From positions 1 through 64,000 of the forward strand of contig JALAGF010000799.1 in assembly GCA_030167865.1 (NCBI GenBank): 64,000 bases of DNA, given 5' to 3'. Below the pieces are notes generated by a model that was not told where the DNA came from, searched no databases, and was given only the letters and a program-made list of their open reading frames with translations. A program made the translations under genes and the position numbers. Of the stretch, positions 22,876 through 34,448 are shown piece after piece. This DNA is from Craspedostauros australis (lineage: Eukaryota). The first letter of the stretch is position 1; each line of letters begins with the position of its first letter.

Positions 22876-24012
22876 TCGCGACCACCATTCCAAGTTTCCG
22901 CCCTGTGATTCACACATCACAAGTCACAACGAATCACGAGGGACGCAAGAGGGCAACAGACTCCTGTTGCTGCTTCATCGACATCGCACCTCGTATAATA
23001 GACATTGAAATCAGCAATTCAGCAGTCGTACCGTACCCATGGGGGAAGCAATTGCCACCTGTCACTAGCTACATTTCCTTGCCTGTGACCAGTGAAAGCG
23101 AAGTGCGATACCTGTAGAGAGCGAGAGGGAGAAGGCAGAGAAGTGCCATGGTCTTACACTAGTTATATGTGTGGGATACATTCGACGATGTGACATGGAA
23201 AGAGATAGAGTAGATTTATTGCTCGTGTTGTCTTGCAGCCTGCTTTATAGCTGGTAAACGAAGAGACGACACGGTTGCGAGTGGTGAAACCCAATCTTGA
23301 CTTGTGAGGGGTTGGATGGACATCCAATGGTGAAAGCTTGCTGCTTTTCGCTGAGCGTATGGGAAGCTATCATTCCCGACGACGGCAGTCCTCTGTGTCG
23401 ACCATGAACCAGAGAGAAATGCAAATCCGGCTCTTTCCCATCATCGGAGTATGAGTAGTCGTACGCACGGCGCACAGAGCAGAGTGTTTGAAATCCTTCC
23501 CGTGCATCCTGGTAGTGCTGATGCCTTGTCCATGTCGGAATGCAGTCACACATTTTGCGTGCTTGAACGAGGAAGCGGCAAGCACGCTGCCTGGTTGCTT
23601 GCCTTGGTTGAGTAGTTTTCCTCCTTCGTTCCTTCCTTCTTGTGACGGACACAGCTGTACGTTGCTCGACCAATCATAATTGGCGCGGCTGGTAGACTTG
23701 TACGAGTAGTCAATGTTGGGTCGCGAAGCTACGCCGATCTTACAGCTCTTGTACCACATGGCAGGCATGCTCTTCCCCCATCTATTCGTACTGGATGCTC
23801 GTAACTCTTGCATCGCTGATTATGATTTTCATGTCCGATTGGCGATCTCCTTCAACACACACATACATGTATGTATGTATACATGCAGTATCGGGCTTGA
23901 TTTCATTGTGAAACCAGATCATTGGAGATTTGAAATCGGATGCTGTTCCATGCTTTCCCATGCTGCAGCAGTCGAGACTACATCACGCCGTTTGCTCACG
24001 GCGTTCGAAGCT

Positions 24013-25299
24013 TTAGTCCTCATGGACATATTCTGACCGATCTACCTTCTCGACCATGTGCTGGGATATGTACTTGTTCATGGAGAACATGGTGACCTTC
24101 GATTCATTGTCCATAACACGTGACAGCTTGTCGTCACAGAATATTTCTCGTTTGTTTTCTGGATTCTGCGGCGGATGAAGGTGGTCATGAAGAATGCGTC
24201 CCAAAAGCAATCACAAATGCAAACGGGAAGGGAATGTGAGCGCAGGTGGGAATAAAGTCATCGTTCCATTCCAGTGTCCAGCATGCATCAACTCATCAAC
24301 GCATCCACACATCAATACCAAATATTATACCAAATCCCAATACTCTGCTCTGATCAACACGATAAAACTATGCTGTGGCGCATGAAGCAACATTGCAACA
24401 TCGAGAGGACTGTGTTCGCTCCATTCCATGTAGCGTACCTGCAGTTCGTTGGATTTGATGTACGCCCAGATCCCCGACACAACCTGCGGTCGCGGAAGTA
24501 CGCGCTTCCCCAGCAGCGACGCCATGTCATCGGATAATCGGTACGGCGGCTGGCCTCCCGTCTTCTTGTCCTTTTTGCCTTTCGTCTTGCCGCTCTTCTT
24601 CGCCGTGGCCTTTTGCTTCTGCTTCTCCTTGCTCTTCTTTTTGGCCGCGGCGAGCAGCTGGTTCATGGACGGGAATGGTTCCACGTGCACGGAGATGTAC
24701 CGATTCATGGTGAACATGTCGAACTTGTCCGTGCTGAAGCATTTCTTCATCGCCTTGTCCAGAACGATCTCCTTCTTGTTGTTTGGATTCTGCAGCTCGT
24801 GCTTTCGGATGTATGCCCACAGACCCTTCACGATGGCAGTTCTGGCCAGTTTCACGTCGTCATTGCTCTCCGACGGCATCGGCACAACGCCTGCCTTGCG
24901 AAGGAACTTGGCCAGCTTGGTCGATATCTTCTTCTTCGCCGACAGCCCTCCTCCTTCTCCCCTCGATCTTCTCGTTTTCGCGGGCGTTCCCTCCGTCTCC
25001 ATGTCGCTGTCATCATCATCATCATCATCGCTATCGTGTTCGCCATCGCTCTCTGCGGCCATGTTGTTGATGGCCACCGTCAGCTCATCGCGAATGAACT
25101 GCGACTTCTCCTTCAATTCCGCATACGACACATCGATCTCCTTGTTGCCATTGTTGCGCGCCTGCAGCTGATCCGTGACATGCTTGGCGAGCAGCTTCGT
25201 GAAGGACTTGATCCCGGTCGTTCGGATATCCACCGTCGGCACCAGCTCGTTGATCAGCGTCCGCAGCGCATCGTCGTCTGGGAAGAATGGGTTGCTCAT
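24013..25299 (-). CDS. DEK-C plus double SWIB/MDM2 domain chromatin protein (UAF30/TRI1-like), ~337 aa; exons 25299-24439 and 24165-24013
   Basis: N-terminal DEK-C-like helical domain. SWIB 1: ISTKLAKFL...ARTAIVKGLWAYIRKHELQNPNNKKEIVLD...FDMFTMNRYISVH. SWIB 2 is split by a phase-0 intron, CAG|gtacgc...cgcag|AAT, giving LPRPQVVSGIWAYIKSNELQ/NPENKREIFCDDKL. Confidence 0.92.
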
Positions 25300-26128
25300 T
25301 GTGTGGATGTGTGTGCTCTGCTTGATGCGATTGCTTCGTATTCGGTCGAATGCAGCGTCCGCGTCCTCAGGTTGATGGATGAAGCGCCTCTCGAGGTTCC
25401 TCTCTCTCTTGCTCCCAAGCCTCCGTCTTTCGCGACTCTTTGGCTGTTGCCGAGAGGACCTGTGGATGCGTGCACGCTCATCTCTCTCGTGGTTCTTTGT
25501 TGTGGAGAAACAAGGACAGCAAAGCGCGCGATTTCCACGGAGTCGAAGTTTGGGCAGTTTCGCGGTTTTGGGCACGGAAAGGGAGAAACGCGATCAAGGA
25601 TCGAACCAATCATAATGATCCACGTGTAACAGTGACAAGAGAAGAGTATCAATCTACACATTGGAGATAGAGACAAACAGAGAGAGCAACAGCCCTCATT
25701 TCTTCGCTGTCCACGAGGTACTCGTATCAGTAGCAACACACGGCGAAGCGTGTCACGGTGCTCCGATGCAAGATGCTCTGTTCTTTTTGACGCTCTGCGT
25801 GGGGTCGACGCTTGTAAATGCGGACTGTCGCCGAAAGCGCACATGCGTTCATGTGCCATGCGTGTACTCTCTTTCTCCTCTCGCCCTCTTCCTCCAGAGA
25901 GTATTCAAAACTGTTCTGAAAAGCAAGAGTAGAGCGGGCGTACTACTATGTAGCATTGTATGATATGATTGCAACATTTAAAATTGGTTTACTATGATAC
26001 TTGTATTGCAAGCGTTGCATGCTGGTGGCGTGTTCGCAGGTGCGGGAAATGCTCGCATTGTACAGCACTTGCATTTGACGGGATCTGAGTACGAGTGCGA
26101 GTGCACTCGTTGCCTTCCTCTCTTGCGT

Positions 26129-28930
26129 TTAGGCATCATGCTCGCTGTTGTTGTTGCTGCTGTTGTTTTCGTTGTCGCTTCCGTTGTTGTCGCTTCCGTT
26201 GTTGGCCGTTTCGCCGATCTTGTCTGGCTTTCCGACGTCGTCGTCGTCGTCGTCACCATGCTCCGACGCGGAGCTGAATGGCTTGGGTCCGAAGACGGCC
26301 AGCAGAACCGGAAGGAAGATGAGACCGTGGCTGATGCCCAAGATGACGGTGAGGGCAAGTTGGCGCGATAGGGTCACGAAGACGTACGAGGATGAGAACA
26401 GAAGGACGACGACGGCGAGGAAGGTGGAGATGGCACCGCTGAGGACGGCGGCTCCGATGTCCGTCAAGGCCTCGAGGGCGCGGGCGTTCTTGTCGTCGCC
26501 ACCCTTCACCATGAAGCAATGTCCGACGTGGGCGCTGTAATCGACGGAAAGGCCGACGGCCAGCACGATGTTGATCACGCTGACGGAGTCGATGACGATG
26601 CCGAAGGCGAACATGAAGCCGAGAATCTCGACGATGCAGAAGGCGACGTTGATCGTGATGAGGATGGAAGTGACAGGACTGGCGACGGTCAGGAAGACAA
26701 TGACGCCGACGGAGGCGATGGCCAAACCGACGTTGAGGAAGAGCTCACGACGGATGATCTTGAAGCCTTCGATGGTGAGGAACTTGCTGCTGTATGGCGT
26801 GGCGGGTGGGAGGTCGTCCCAGCTGTCGACGAGGGTGCGCGTGTCGTCCATGGCCTCGATCTGGCGCTCGGCATCATCGATGACTTCGCCGCGCAGCTTC
26901 TTGACGAGGCGGACGTACTCGAGTTCCACCTTGACGGCCTGCAGCTTTCCGTCATCCGACAAGGACACATCGGGGGCGTACTGGGAACCATCCGATCCAC
27001 GGGCAACGTAGGCGTCGAGCACAGTGACGAAGTCCGCCTCTGTCGTTGGCCAGTTGTCGTCACCGAGGGTGATGTTGGCAGCGGGGCCGGTGCTTCCGTT
27101 GGCTGTGAGGTAGTCTCTCAAGCCCTTCATGACATTCTTGTAAACCTCGTTGGAAATTGGCTCAGCGATGTATGGCGACTTTTCGGAGAGGCCGGAGACA
27201 CGGGTCTCGAGGTTGGCGAGCTCGACACGCGATGCGTAGATCTGGGCAGAATCCTCAAAGACGATCTCCAAGGCGATGCCTTGTGATGGAAAGTAGTCGT
27301 CGGTGGCTTCGAAGTAGTCGTTGAGGTAGCTGTCGGCCGGGATGAAGCTGCGCTGCGAATCTTCGACGGAGAGGTTGAGGGCACCGTAGACGCCGAAACC
27401 GAAGAGACCGAGGAACACGACGAAGACGACGGCCTTTCCGACGCCGGACAGGATGGCGGGTGCGTGGTAGTTGCGGAAGTAACGCGACATGAAGTCCTCC
27501 TTGAAGGCATCGCCCTCGTCTTCCTCCAGATCCTGCTTGCGGGTGAGGCAGCACAGACACTCGCGGCGGTTGTCACGCTGACGACGTTCGTCGAGGACGA
27601 GGCAGGCGGTGAAGAATGTGGAGGCGAAGAGCCAGAGGAAGAAGATGCAGATGGCGGCGTAGGCGCAGAAACTTGCGAGGGCCGGCAGGGCGGATGATGA
27701 GGAGATGGCGAAGGCGACGAGATCGGTGGCAGATGTGACCGTGATGGAAGCTCCGGAGCGCGCCAAGGCGCGCGCAGAACGGACTGCCAAGATCTCATTG
27801 GTTTCGGACGATCGGGATGTCTTGCGCTCGCGGTTGAAGGCGTTGACGATGACGAAGGCGTCATCGACACCGATACCCAGGAGGATGAATGGCAGGAGGG
27901 AGTGGACCGGACCGAAGAAGAGACCGACGAGAGAAGAAAGACCGAATCCGGCAGCCGTACTCAAACCGACGGTGACGAGGGCACCGAGGGACATGGTCCA
28001 ACGCGAGCCTGTTCCGCACTTGAGGTTTCCGAGGTTGGCGCCGAGGAAGAGGAAGGCGATGACGTAGGAGATCTGCACGAGGGCGAGATCACCAGAGATG
28101 GCACCTCCGAATTCATCACCAAAACTGCGCCCGGCAAAGTAATCGACCTGGATGGTATCGTAGTCCTTGACGGATTCCGCACCCTCGAGGAAGACCTGCT
28201 CCTCCCAACCCTCGTTGATTGGATCCATCTCATCTCCGTCCTTGACGATGACACGGGATTCCAGGAAGTAGGCCAGGGTGAAGGCCTCGGCCTCCTGAAT
28301 GTTACCATCGGCATCGAAGACCGGGTTTCCGAGCACGGCGGAGATCTCGTCCTTCGATCCGTATCCTTGCAGCGTCTGGAGGATGTTGTCATCGGCCTCG
28401 AGGGTCTCCATGTCGTAGTTCCATTGCTTGAGGATGCTGGAAACAAGGCAGCCGCAGATTCCGTCGAACTTGGACGCGCAGCTTCCGCCAGCCTTGACGC
28501 AGAGCTCGGTGTAGGTGTAGAGCTTGTCGTCGCCTTCCGCATGCTCGGCATCGCTGTCCGTAATCTCGGCAACCTCGGTCTCGATGAAGGTATGCAGCTT
28601 CATGGCCTCCACGAGTCGCTCCTTGGTGAGGACGTTGGCGCCGTCGCCCTTGGGCTGTACGATGATGCTGTTGAAGCGCGACGTGCTGGCGTAGTAGGAC
28701 TCGTAGAGGTCCGTCTCGGACTCCGCCGTGGTGTCCTGCGGCACCCAGAGCTTCTCGCCTCGGTTCTCAGTCTCCCACGTGGCGAATCCGCCACCCATGA
28801 GGACTGTCAGGAGGATGGCAAGCGCGATAGTCTTGCGCGGCGCATTGCCGACGAAGGTTCCGATCGAGTAGAACGTGGCGCTGATTGCGCCCTCGATGCG
28901 ATCGCCGAAGGCTTCGATGCAGCTTGCCAT
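26129..28930 (-). CDS. Patched/NPC1-family (RND superfamily) sterol-sensing-domain membrane protein, 933 aa
   Basis: About 12 hydrophobic segments in a 1+5/1+5 layout. Motifs: LWVP, LLPFILLGIGVDDAF, GASITVTSATD, PALASFC, AVGLSVDYSAH, HGLIFLPVLL. Strong coding codon bias. Confidence 0.93.
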   Translation of the reverse strand: MASCIEAFGDRIEGAISATFYSIGTFVGNAPRKTIALAILLTVLMGGGFATWETENRGEKLWVPQDTTAESETDLYESYYASTSRFNSIIVQPKGDGANVLTKERLVEAMKLHTFIETEVAEITDSDAEHAEGDDKLYTYTELCVKAGGSCASKFDGICGCLVSSILKQWNYDMETLEADDNILQTLQGYGSKDEISAVLGNPVFDADGNIQEAEAFTLAYFLESRVIVKDGDEMDPINEGWEEQVFLEGAESVKDYDTIQVDYFAGRSFGDEFGGAISGDLALVQISYVIAFLFLGANLGNLKCGTGSRWTMSLGALVTVGLSTAAGFGLSSLVGLFFGPVHSLLPFILLGIGVDDAFVIVNAFNRERKTSRSSETNEILAVRSARALARSGASITVTSATDLVAFAISSSSALPALASFCAYAAICIFFLWLFASTFFTACLVLDERRQRDNRRECLCCLTRKQDLEEDEGDAFKEDFMSRYFRNYHAPAILSGVGKAVVFVVFLGLFGFGVYGALNLSVEDSQRSFIPADSYLNDYFEATDDYFPSQGIALEIVFEDSAQIYASRVELANLETRVSGLSEKSPYIAEPISNEVYKNVMKGLRDYLTANGSTGPAANITLGDDNWPTTEADFVTVLDAYVARGSDGSQYAPDVSLSDDGKLQAVKVELEYVRLVKKLRGEVIDDAERQIEAMDDTRTLVDSWDDLPPATPYSSKFLTIEGFKIIRRELFLNVGLAIASVGVIVFLTVASPVTSILITINVAFCIVEILGFMFAFGIVIDSVSVINIVLAVGLSVDYSAHVGHCFMVKGGDDKNARALEALTDIGAAVLSGAISTFLAVVVLLFSSSYVFVTLSRQLALTVILGISHGLIFLPVLLAVFGPKPFSSASEHGDDDDDDVGKPDKIGETANNGSDNNGSDNENNSSNNNSEHDA

Positions 28931-29974
28931 GGTGGTGTCGTTTGATATGTTGTGTTGTGATGTATGTAGTGTTATGCTGTGTTGTGCTGTATGTAGTGTG
29001 GTGCGGTGCAGGGTGATACGCTCTCAGCTGTGCTATTACACGCCGTCTTTTGTATCAATTGTGATGCTTTGATGGAATGCTGTGATTGCGTTGTTGTTTG
29101 TGGTGGTTGCCTTTCAATGAGTTCAAAGACAGGTTTTATGAGCTGACGGAGAAGTTTGCTGACCTGTCCGTGGATGGATGGAACGCAATGCAATGCACAA
29201 TGATGCTATGTGGGGTGATGCAATGTCCAGCGATCGTACGAAGTTGCTCTGCGAAGGGTTCGTAGATGGCTTGCGCTGACTTCGGATGGCACGGATGTGA
29301 TTCAGAAGGCGGAAACGTCCGGCAACAGGGACAAGCCAACAACCAACAGTCAACAGTCAACAGAACCGGTGAAGCGATGTGCGTGGTGGTGGTTGTTGTT
29401 GTTTGATGTGTATCGCGATGCGAGACAAGAAGGACGAGAGGCGTCGGGAAAGAAAATAAAGTCAGTGACGATCGTGTTGGAGCAGAGTGTTCCAAACTTA
29501 GCGGCGCTGTGGTCCACGATCTCGGCAAGCCTCAACCGTCTACGTATGTACTCAGAACGTATGCTACAATGGGTTGTGGTTGGTGCCGCGAACGCGCCTG
29601 AAGATCCGCGAATTCGAAATACAGGCACCTCGTTGATTTTAGCGGTGCGTGTGTGTGATGTGTGATGTGTGATGTGGTGAGTTGTCGAATGGCTGGCTCG
29701 CGTCCCAACGCCTCAAGTGACCCGCATTGTTTGAGCATTTTGCTTTCCTGTTGCTGACGCATCAGCTATGACTTGGCGTCATCGTCGCGGTTGTTCTTGA
29801 CGCGATAAGTACGAAAGTATGGTAGTTGTGCCTGCGCAGTTCACTAAGTATCAAATGTCTGATTAATGAGCCCAGAATGGGCTGACGTCATGCACCGTGT
29901 CCACAGTGTTGCACAAAGGCGCCTCCATCCCACGTTGTCGAACAATCAAGAATTTGTTGCTATCTACTCTTCAT

Positions 29975-30033
29975 CAGTACCTTGGTACCGCACCTTGGCG
30001 CAGTACCTTGGCGCAGTACCGTGGCGCAGTACC
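29975..30033 (+). repeat. 13-bp minisatellite (cagtaccttggcg), about 4 degenerate copies
   Basis: cagtaccttggtaccgcaccttggcg cagtaccttggcg cagtaccgtggcg cagtacc. Confidence 0.75.
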
Positions 30034-31079
30034 TATTTACGAGGACGAGTGCTATGGAGTGAGGGTCTGGGGCAGGTTCGGGTATCGACTGAATTCATTG
30101 TTGTTCTCAAACATGTCCAGACTTGTCTCCGCCACCCACAGACACGTTGGCCATCAGTGTTCAGCATCAGGTATGACGCAGCCAAACATCGAGGACATCC
30201 AAGATTGCAACAAGAACCGCCAAAATCGATTGCACGCCACAAATGAATCCTCCAGAACAACCGTCTCTGATCAATCTTGATGTGTTCCGAGCAACATCGA
30301 ACGCCATTCTCTGGAGAGAGAGCATGTTTCTCACCATCTCTCGAGAAGATTTCTGTGGAACCTCATCTTGCTTCCATGGGTGATTGCATCCGCCTGTGTG
30401 CTAGCACTTTGCTCGTGAAGACATTCATCGCATTCTCAACAAGATCAGATGGCTTTCCCCCCTTGTCCACGGCCTGTAGTCGACCCTCGGAAGGAGTGTA
30501 TTCCTGCTGCTTCTTTGGTGATCCCGACACAAGGCATGCCGAGCAACATCATCTCTGTCAACTTCATGGATAGATGATGGTGAACATTCATTCTTTTGTG
30601 GAGTGTACGAGTCAGAGAGAGTTAGAGCGAGAGAGAGAGAAAGAGATGAGGCGACTGAGATCAATTCGATTGGGTTTTTTCCTGTCAATCATATATAATA
30701 ATAAACCTATTATACCGCATATCTCAATACTAAATGAACAAGAACACACTTCAACAAATACCATGATACATGGAAGGACACGCTAATTTGCAGCAAGAAA
30801 AGAAATGTCCTCGACTCCATCGACCAACGCAGAACTCTCGATTCTTCGGACTAACGTCACACCCATCAACAAGCGCCAACCAAAACACCAACTAATCGAC
30901 ACATCAACACATCAACCCAATCTCAGAGACGCGCAAAACAACAAACAGTCTTTCGAGCGCTTGTTGCATCCACCGTATTACTCTCCCATACTCTACTCAG
31001 AGTACAAGCATCTGCACATCCCATCAGATTATCGCAGTAAGCATTATCCTACCAAATTACGACATACCCGTACGAGACG

Positions 31080-32789
31080 ATGGTGCGATTGACGCGACCA
31101 ACTCCCTCCAAGAACATTTGGCGATCATCCATCTCGGTGCTGGCATCTTCCCTGTTGCTTTGTGGCCAGGGCAGGATCACAACAACCACAGGCACGTTTG
31201 GGGCGGTGGCTGCATTCACACCCAACACTCCCAGCAACATGGACGTCGTGACCAATGCCAACAAGAAGATACGCAATGGAAATCGTCATCGTCATCAATC
31301 GAAGCAAAGAAACGCTGCACGATCAGCGCTATCCGTTTCGGCAGATGACTTTCAAGCTGACGACGGTCGGTCACCACTCCGCGATCCACCCAAATTGATC
31401 GTCTTTGATTTGGACAACACGTTGTGGACGCCGGAGCTCTACCAGCTGCGACGATTGGATCGCGCCGGGAAAACGCCGCTCGCCAACAAGGACGTGTCGT
31501 TGTTTCCAGGTTCCAGATCCGTTCTGAAACGCATCGAAGACGGGGAATTCGGCGATGCCACCCGATTCGGCGTCGCCTCCCGCACCAGCAAGGGTGAATG
31601 GGCCAACGATTTGCTGGATCAGTTCCAAATTCGCAAGAACTTTCCGTACATCGAGATCTTCCCGTCCAACAAGCGCAAGCATTTTGCGAATATTGCCGCG
31701 CAAAGCGGCATCGGGTATCACGAGATGCTGTTCTTCGACGATGCTCGTGGCGGCAGGTATGGCAACTGCGAACCCATCTCGGAACTGGGCGTCCTGTGCG
31801 TGCATTGCGCGTCGGGCATTGACAAGGAGAACGTCTTCGATCGGGCCTTGCAGTACTACCAGAAGGGTTGGGACGGTGCTCCTAACACTATCATCGAATG
31901 GGACGGCAGCGTTACCAACACGGCGGCTGCCGCCTCCACGGCTGTCGACACCTCGGCACGCCAAGAGGGCACCGTCAAGACGATCAACTACGACAAACGG
32001 TACGGGTTCATCAACTACGGCGACCGCAACACAAAGGACTTGTTCTTCCATTTCAGTGCCCTGCCCAGCTCCATGGCGGATTTCATCCAAGAGGGCGACT
32101 CAATCTCCTTCGGAATCGGCCGCGACGGCAAGACCGGCAAGTCGCGTGCCACAGATATCCAGGCATCTGGCACGCAAAACAGCAACATGAACAATGGCAA
32201 TGACGATGGCAATGATTCTGGCGACAAAATCACCGTGCGCGCGTTCTCCATGAACCTGCCATTCGCCGCGCTGTTGGCGAGCGAATGCAAGACGCTGGAA
32301 ACGCGCAACGGCACCATGTTCGTGCCGTACCCCGAGGGCACCTTCATGCTGCTGCATGTCGGCCAGCGCATTTATCCCGACGGTGGCAAGCACATGGACA
32401 TTCTGCGCGGCGGCGGCATGGACGATGCCGAAATCGAGCGGCTCAAATCCCTGCCGAAGGGCTTCCGCAAGGGCAACATCGTCGCCATCTGTGAATTGGG
32501 CAAGACGTACGAGACGACCGAGGAGGAACGCAACGTTCCCGATTTCCAACGCAAGGTGGGTGCGTACGGCAGCGACAGTGGACGTATCGTGACGGAAATC
32601 AAGCGCGCGGCGTATTTGAAGCGTCCCATAAACCAGTCGGGCAATCGCGGCGTGTTCAAAGCGAAGATCGATCCCTCCGTGCTTCCGGACGGGTGGCTGG
32701 AGGACATGCAGAAGCAGCAACCCGGCAACGTGGAGGACAGCGGCAGCAATGTCGATGGCAAGACCATGGTGTATTCCATCTCGGGCTGA
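31080..32789 (+). CDS. Multidomain protein (569 aa): probable plastid presequence, MDP-1-like HAD phosphatase, cold-shock domain, ASCH/PUA-like domain
   Basis: HAD motifs PKLIVFDLDNTLW, VASRT, K..HF, MLFFDD. Cold-shock domain GTVK....KRYGFI.....DLFFHFS....EGD.ISF....GK.RA. ASCH domain AFSMNLPFAALL...KTLETR...LLHVG...GNIVAICELG...PI...G.RGVF. Hydrophobic N-terminus with AVAAFTP. Confidence 0.9.
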   Translation: MVRLTRPTPSKNIWRSSISVLASSLLLCGQGRITTTTGTFGAVAAFTPNTPSNMDVVTNANKKIRNGNRHRHQSKQRNAARSALSVSADDFQADDGRSPLRDPPKLIVFDLDNTLWTPELYQLRRLDRAGKTPLANKDVSLFPGSRSVLKRIEDGEFGDATRFGVASRTSKGEWANDLLDQFQIRKNFPYIEIFPSNKRKHFANIAAQSGIGYHEMLFFDDARGGRYGNCEPISELGVLCVHCASGIDKENVFDRALQYYQKGWDGAPNTIIEWDGSVTNTAAAASTAVDTSARQEGTVKTINYDKRYGFINYGDRNTKDLFFHFSALPSSMADFIQEGDSISFGIGRDGKTGKSRATDIQASGTQNSNMNNGNDDGNDSGDKITVRAFSMNLPFAALLASECKTLETRNGTMFVPYPEGTFMLLHVGQRIYPDGGKHMDILRGGGMDDAEIERLKSLPKGFRKGNIVAICELGKTYETTEEERNVPDFQRKVGAYGSDSGRIVTEIKRAAYLKRPINQSGNRGVFKAKIDPSVLPDGWLEDMQKQQPGNVEDSGSNVDGKTMVYSISG

Positions 32790-32962
32790 TGCAACGCATT
32801 GAATTGGATGCAGCGTCTTCAACTCTCTCTTGCATACGAATGGCAGAACGCAAACGCCGACAAGAACAAGAACAATTCAAACATTTAAAAAAGAACAAAT
32901 AGCAAGTAACCGATACATGAAATGGCCGTGAAGGAGAAGACAGAACGTGTTGTCTGTTTACG

Positions 32963-33007
32963 TGGATGGGTGGATAGATGGATGGATGGATGGATGGATG
33001 GATGGAT
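32963..33007 (+). repeat. (GGAT)n microsatellite
   Basis: Direct reading of tandem GGAT units. Confidence 0.9.
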
Positions 33008-34448
33008 TCATCGATGATTCATCGACATCGTCGCGATGCTCTTCTTCCCACCTTGGGCAACCAAAATGACGGAACGCAATTGCGCACGCATGGTTTGTAC
33101 CGCCCGCTGCCGTCGCCGCAGGCCCAGCGTCTTTTTGTTTGGCTCTGGAGCACATGGCGAGATGTGACGATGGATGGTGATGACGTGACGACAAGGCTCG
33201 ATGACGTGATGATGACGACACATCGTGGAGAGATTCCCTTTTCGCATCGCGAACCATGTGTGTGCGAAGAACAAAAGCAGCATTTGTCATTTTGATCTGT
33301 TGATCCGTGTTGCTGTTCCATCGGTGTTCCCTCCATGTCAAACTTCGAAATGGGTGTTGCCAGTTGGTTGACTGGTGGGGAATGATTGCGGCGGTGTCAA
33401 TTTTGATGGGCGTGACGGTGGTGGTCTGTTTGGTGTTCGACGAGAGTTCTCATTCGAAACACTGGACTGCGCGCGAATTCGTGTTTTGGAGTGTGCTCCG
33501 TTGAAAACAGACACCAATGCGTCGGAAACTGCTTGAGTGGCGAACAGCAGGGTGTTGTTGGTGGCCGAGTCACGACAGAACACATCAGGCATGTCGTCAT
33601 CAGATGTTCTGATTGGACGTTAGTTTGTTCCGTGAGAAAGTTCTGACCAATGAGGGAATTGTTGCTGACGTAACATCCACGACTTGCGAGAAAGACACCA
33701 GTTGGCAGAAGATGATGTGGCCGGTGTCATTTTGGGAACAACACACGAAGCGCACCACCGCACATGATGCCAACGCAAAACACTCGAAAACGAAACAGCA
33801 ACACAAGACCTGCAGAGTTGGCGCGCAGATGCGACACGTGAAACCGCCAACGAAGAATCAGAACACGGCCAAACGACAGAAAAACTCTGCCGTTGTTGTC
33901 GTGAACCAGAACCGTGGTTCGAATCAGCGCATTCGCATCATCACGCCACGGGGCACCTGCCACGGAGTGCAAACACGACAACAGCTCACGCAAATGCAGC
34001 ATTCAAACACCACCCACCAACTCATCATCACGGTCGGCAAACACACTTTTCCAGCGCAGTTCCAACATTCCAACCACGCAGAGAGAGAGTTCTGACCCAC
34101 ACAAACATCAGAACGGAACGAACACAAGCGAAGAACAACGCATGTGTCAACTGACACAAACACAAACAATCAGCGTCAACCTCGCATCAACCTCACATCA
34201 CATTGCCGATTCCCTCCATTTGGCCAGGGCTTCTGTTCCATCGTCAAACTTCGCTTCCCATTTGCCATCAACGAAAGACATCTCACCAACCTCTCACAAA
34301 TCACATCACCACACAAACTGAAACGCTCACTCAGCCCAATTCATCTCAGCTCAACTCACTCCGCAAGGCGAACTTCACGCACAACATCATAATCAAAGCA
34401 TAATCACAGCATAATCGCAACATCATATTATATCATAGCACAGGAACA

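Noticed and set aside
25300-25575. Upstream in-frame extension of the SWIB ORF
   Set aside because: Composition is promoter/UTR-like, and the ATG at 25299 follows a typical CA-rich leader and directly precedes the DEK-C domain.
24449-28945. Long antisense ORFs (e.g. 24613-25629, 26519-27286, 27902-28945)
   Set aside because: Shadow frames opposite strongly codon-biased genes. The same pattern occurs opposite the myosin, exonuclease and Clp genes.
29975-30033. Short direct repeats considered as a CRISPR-like array
   Set aside because: The units are 13 bp and contiguous with no spacers, and the context is eukaryotic with no cas genes. It is a minisatellite.
32900-34440. Many short ORFs in CA-rich intergenic DNA
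   Set aside because: Explained by microsatellites and compositional skew upstream of the exonuclease gene.
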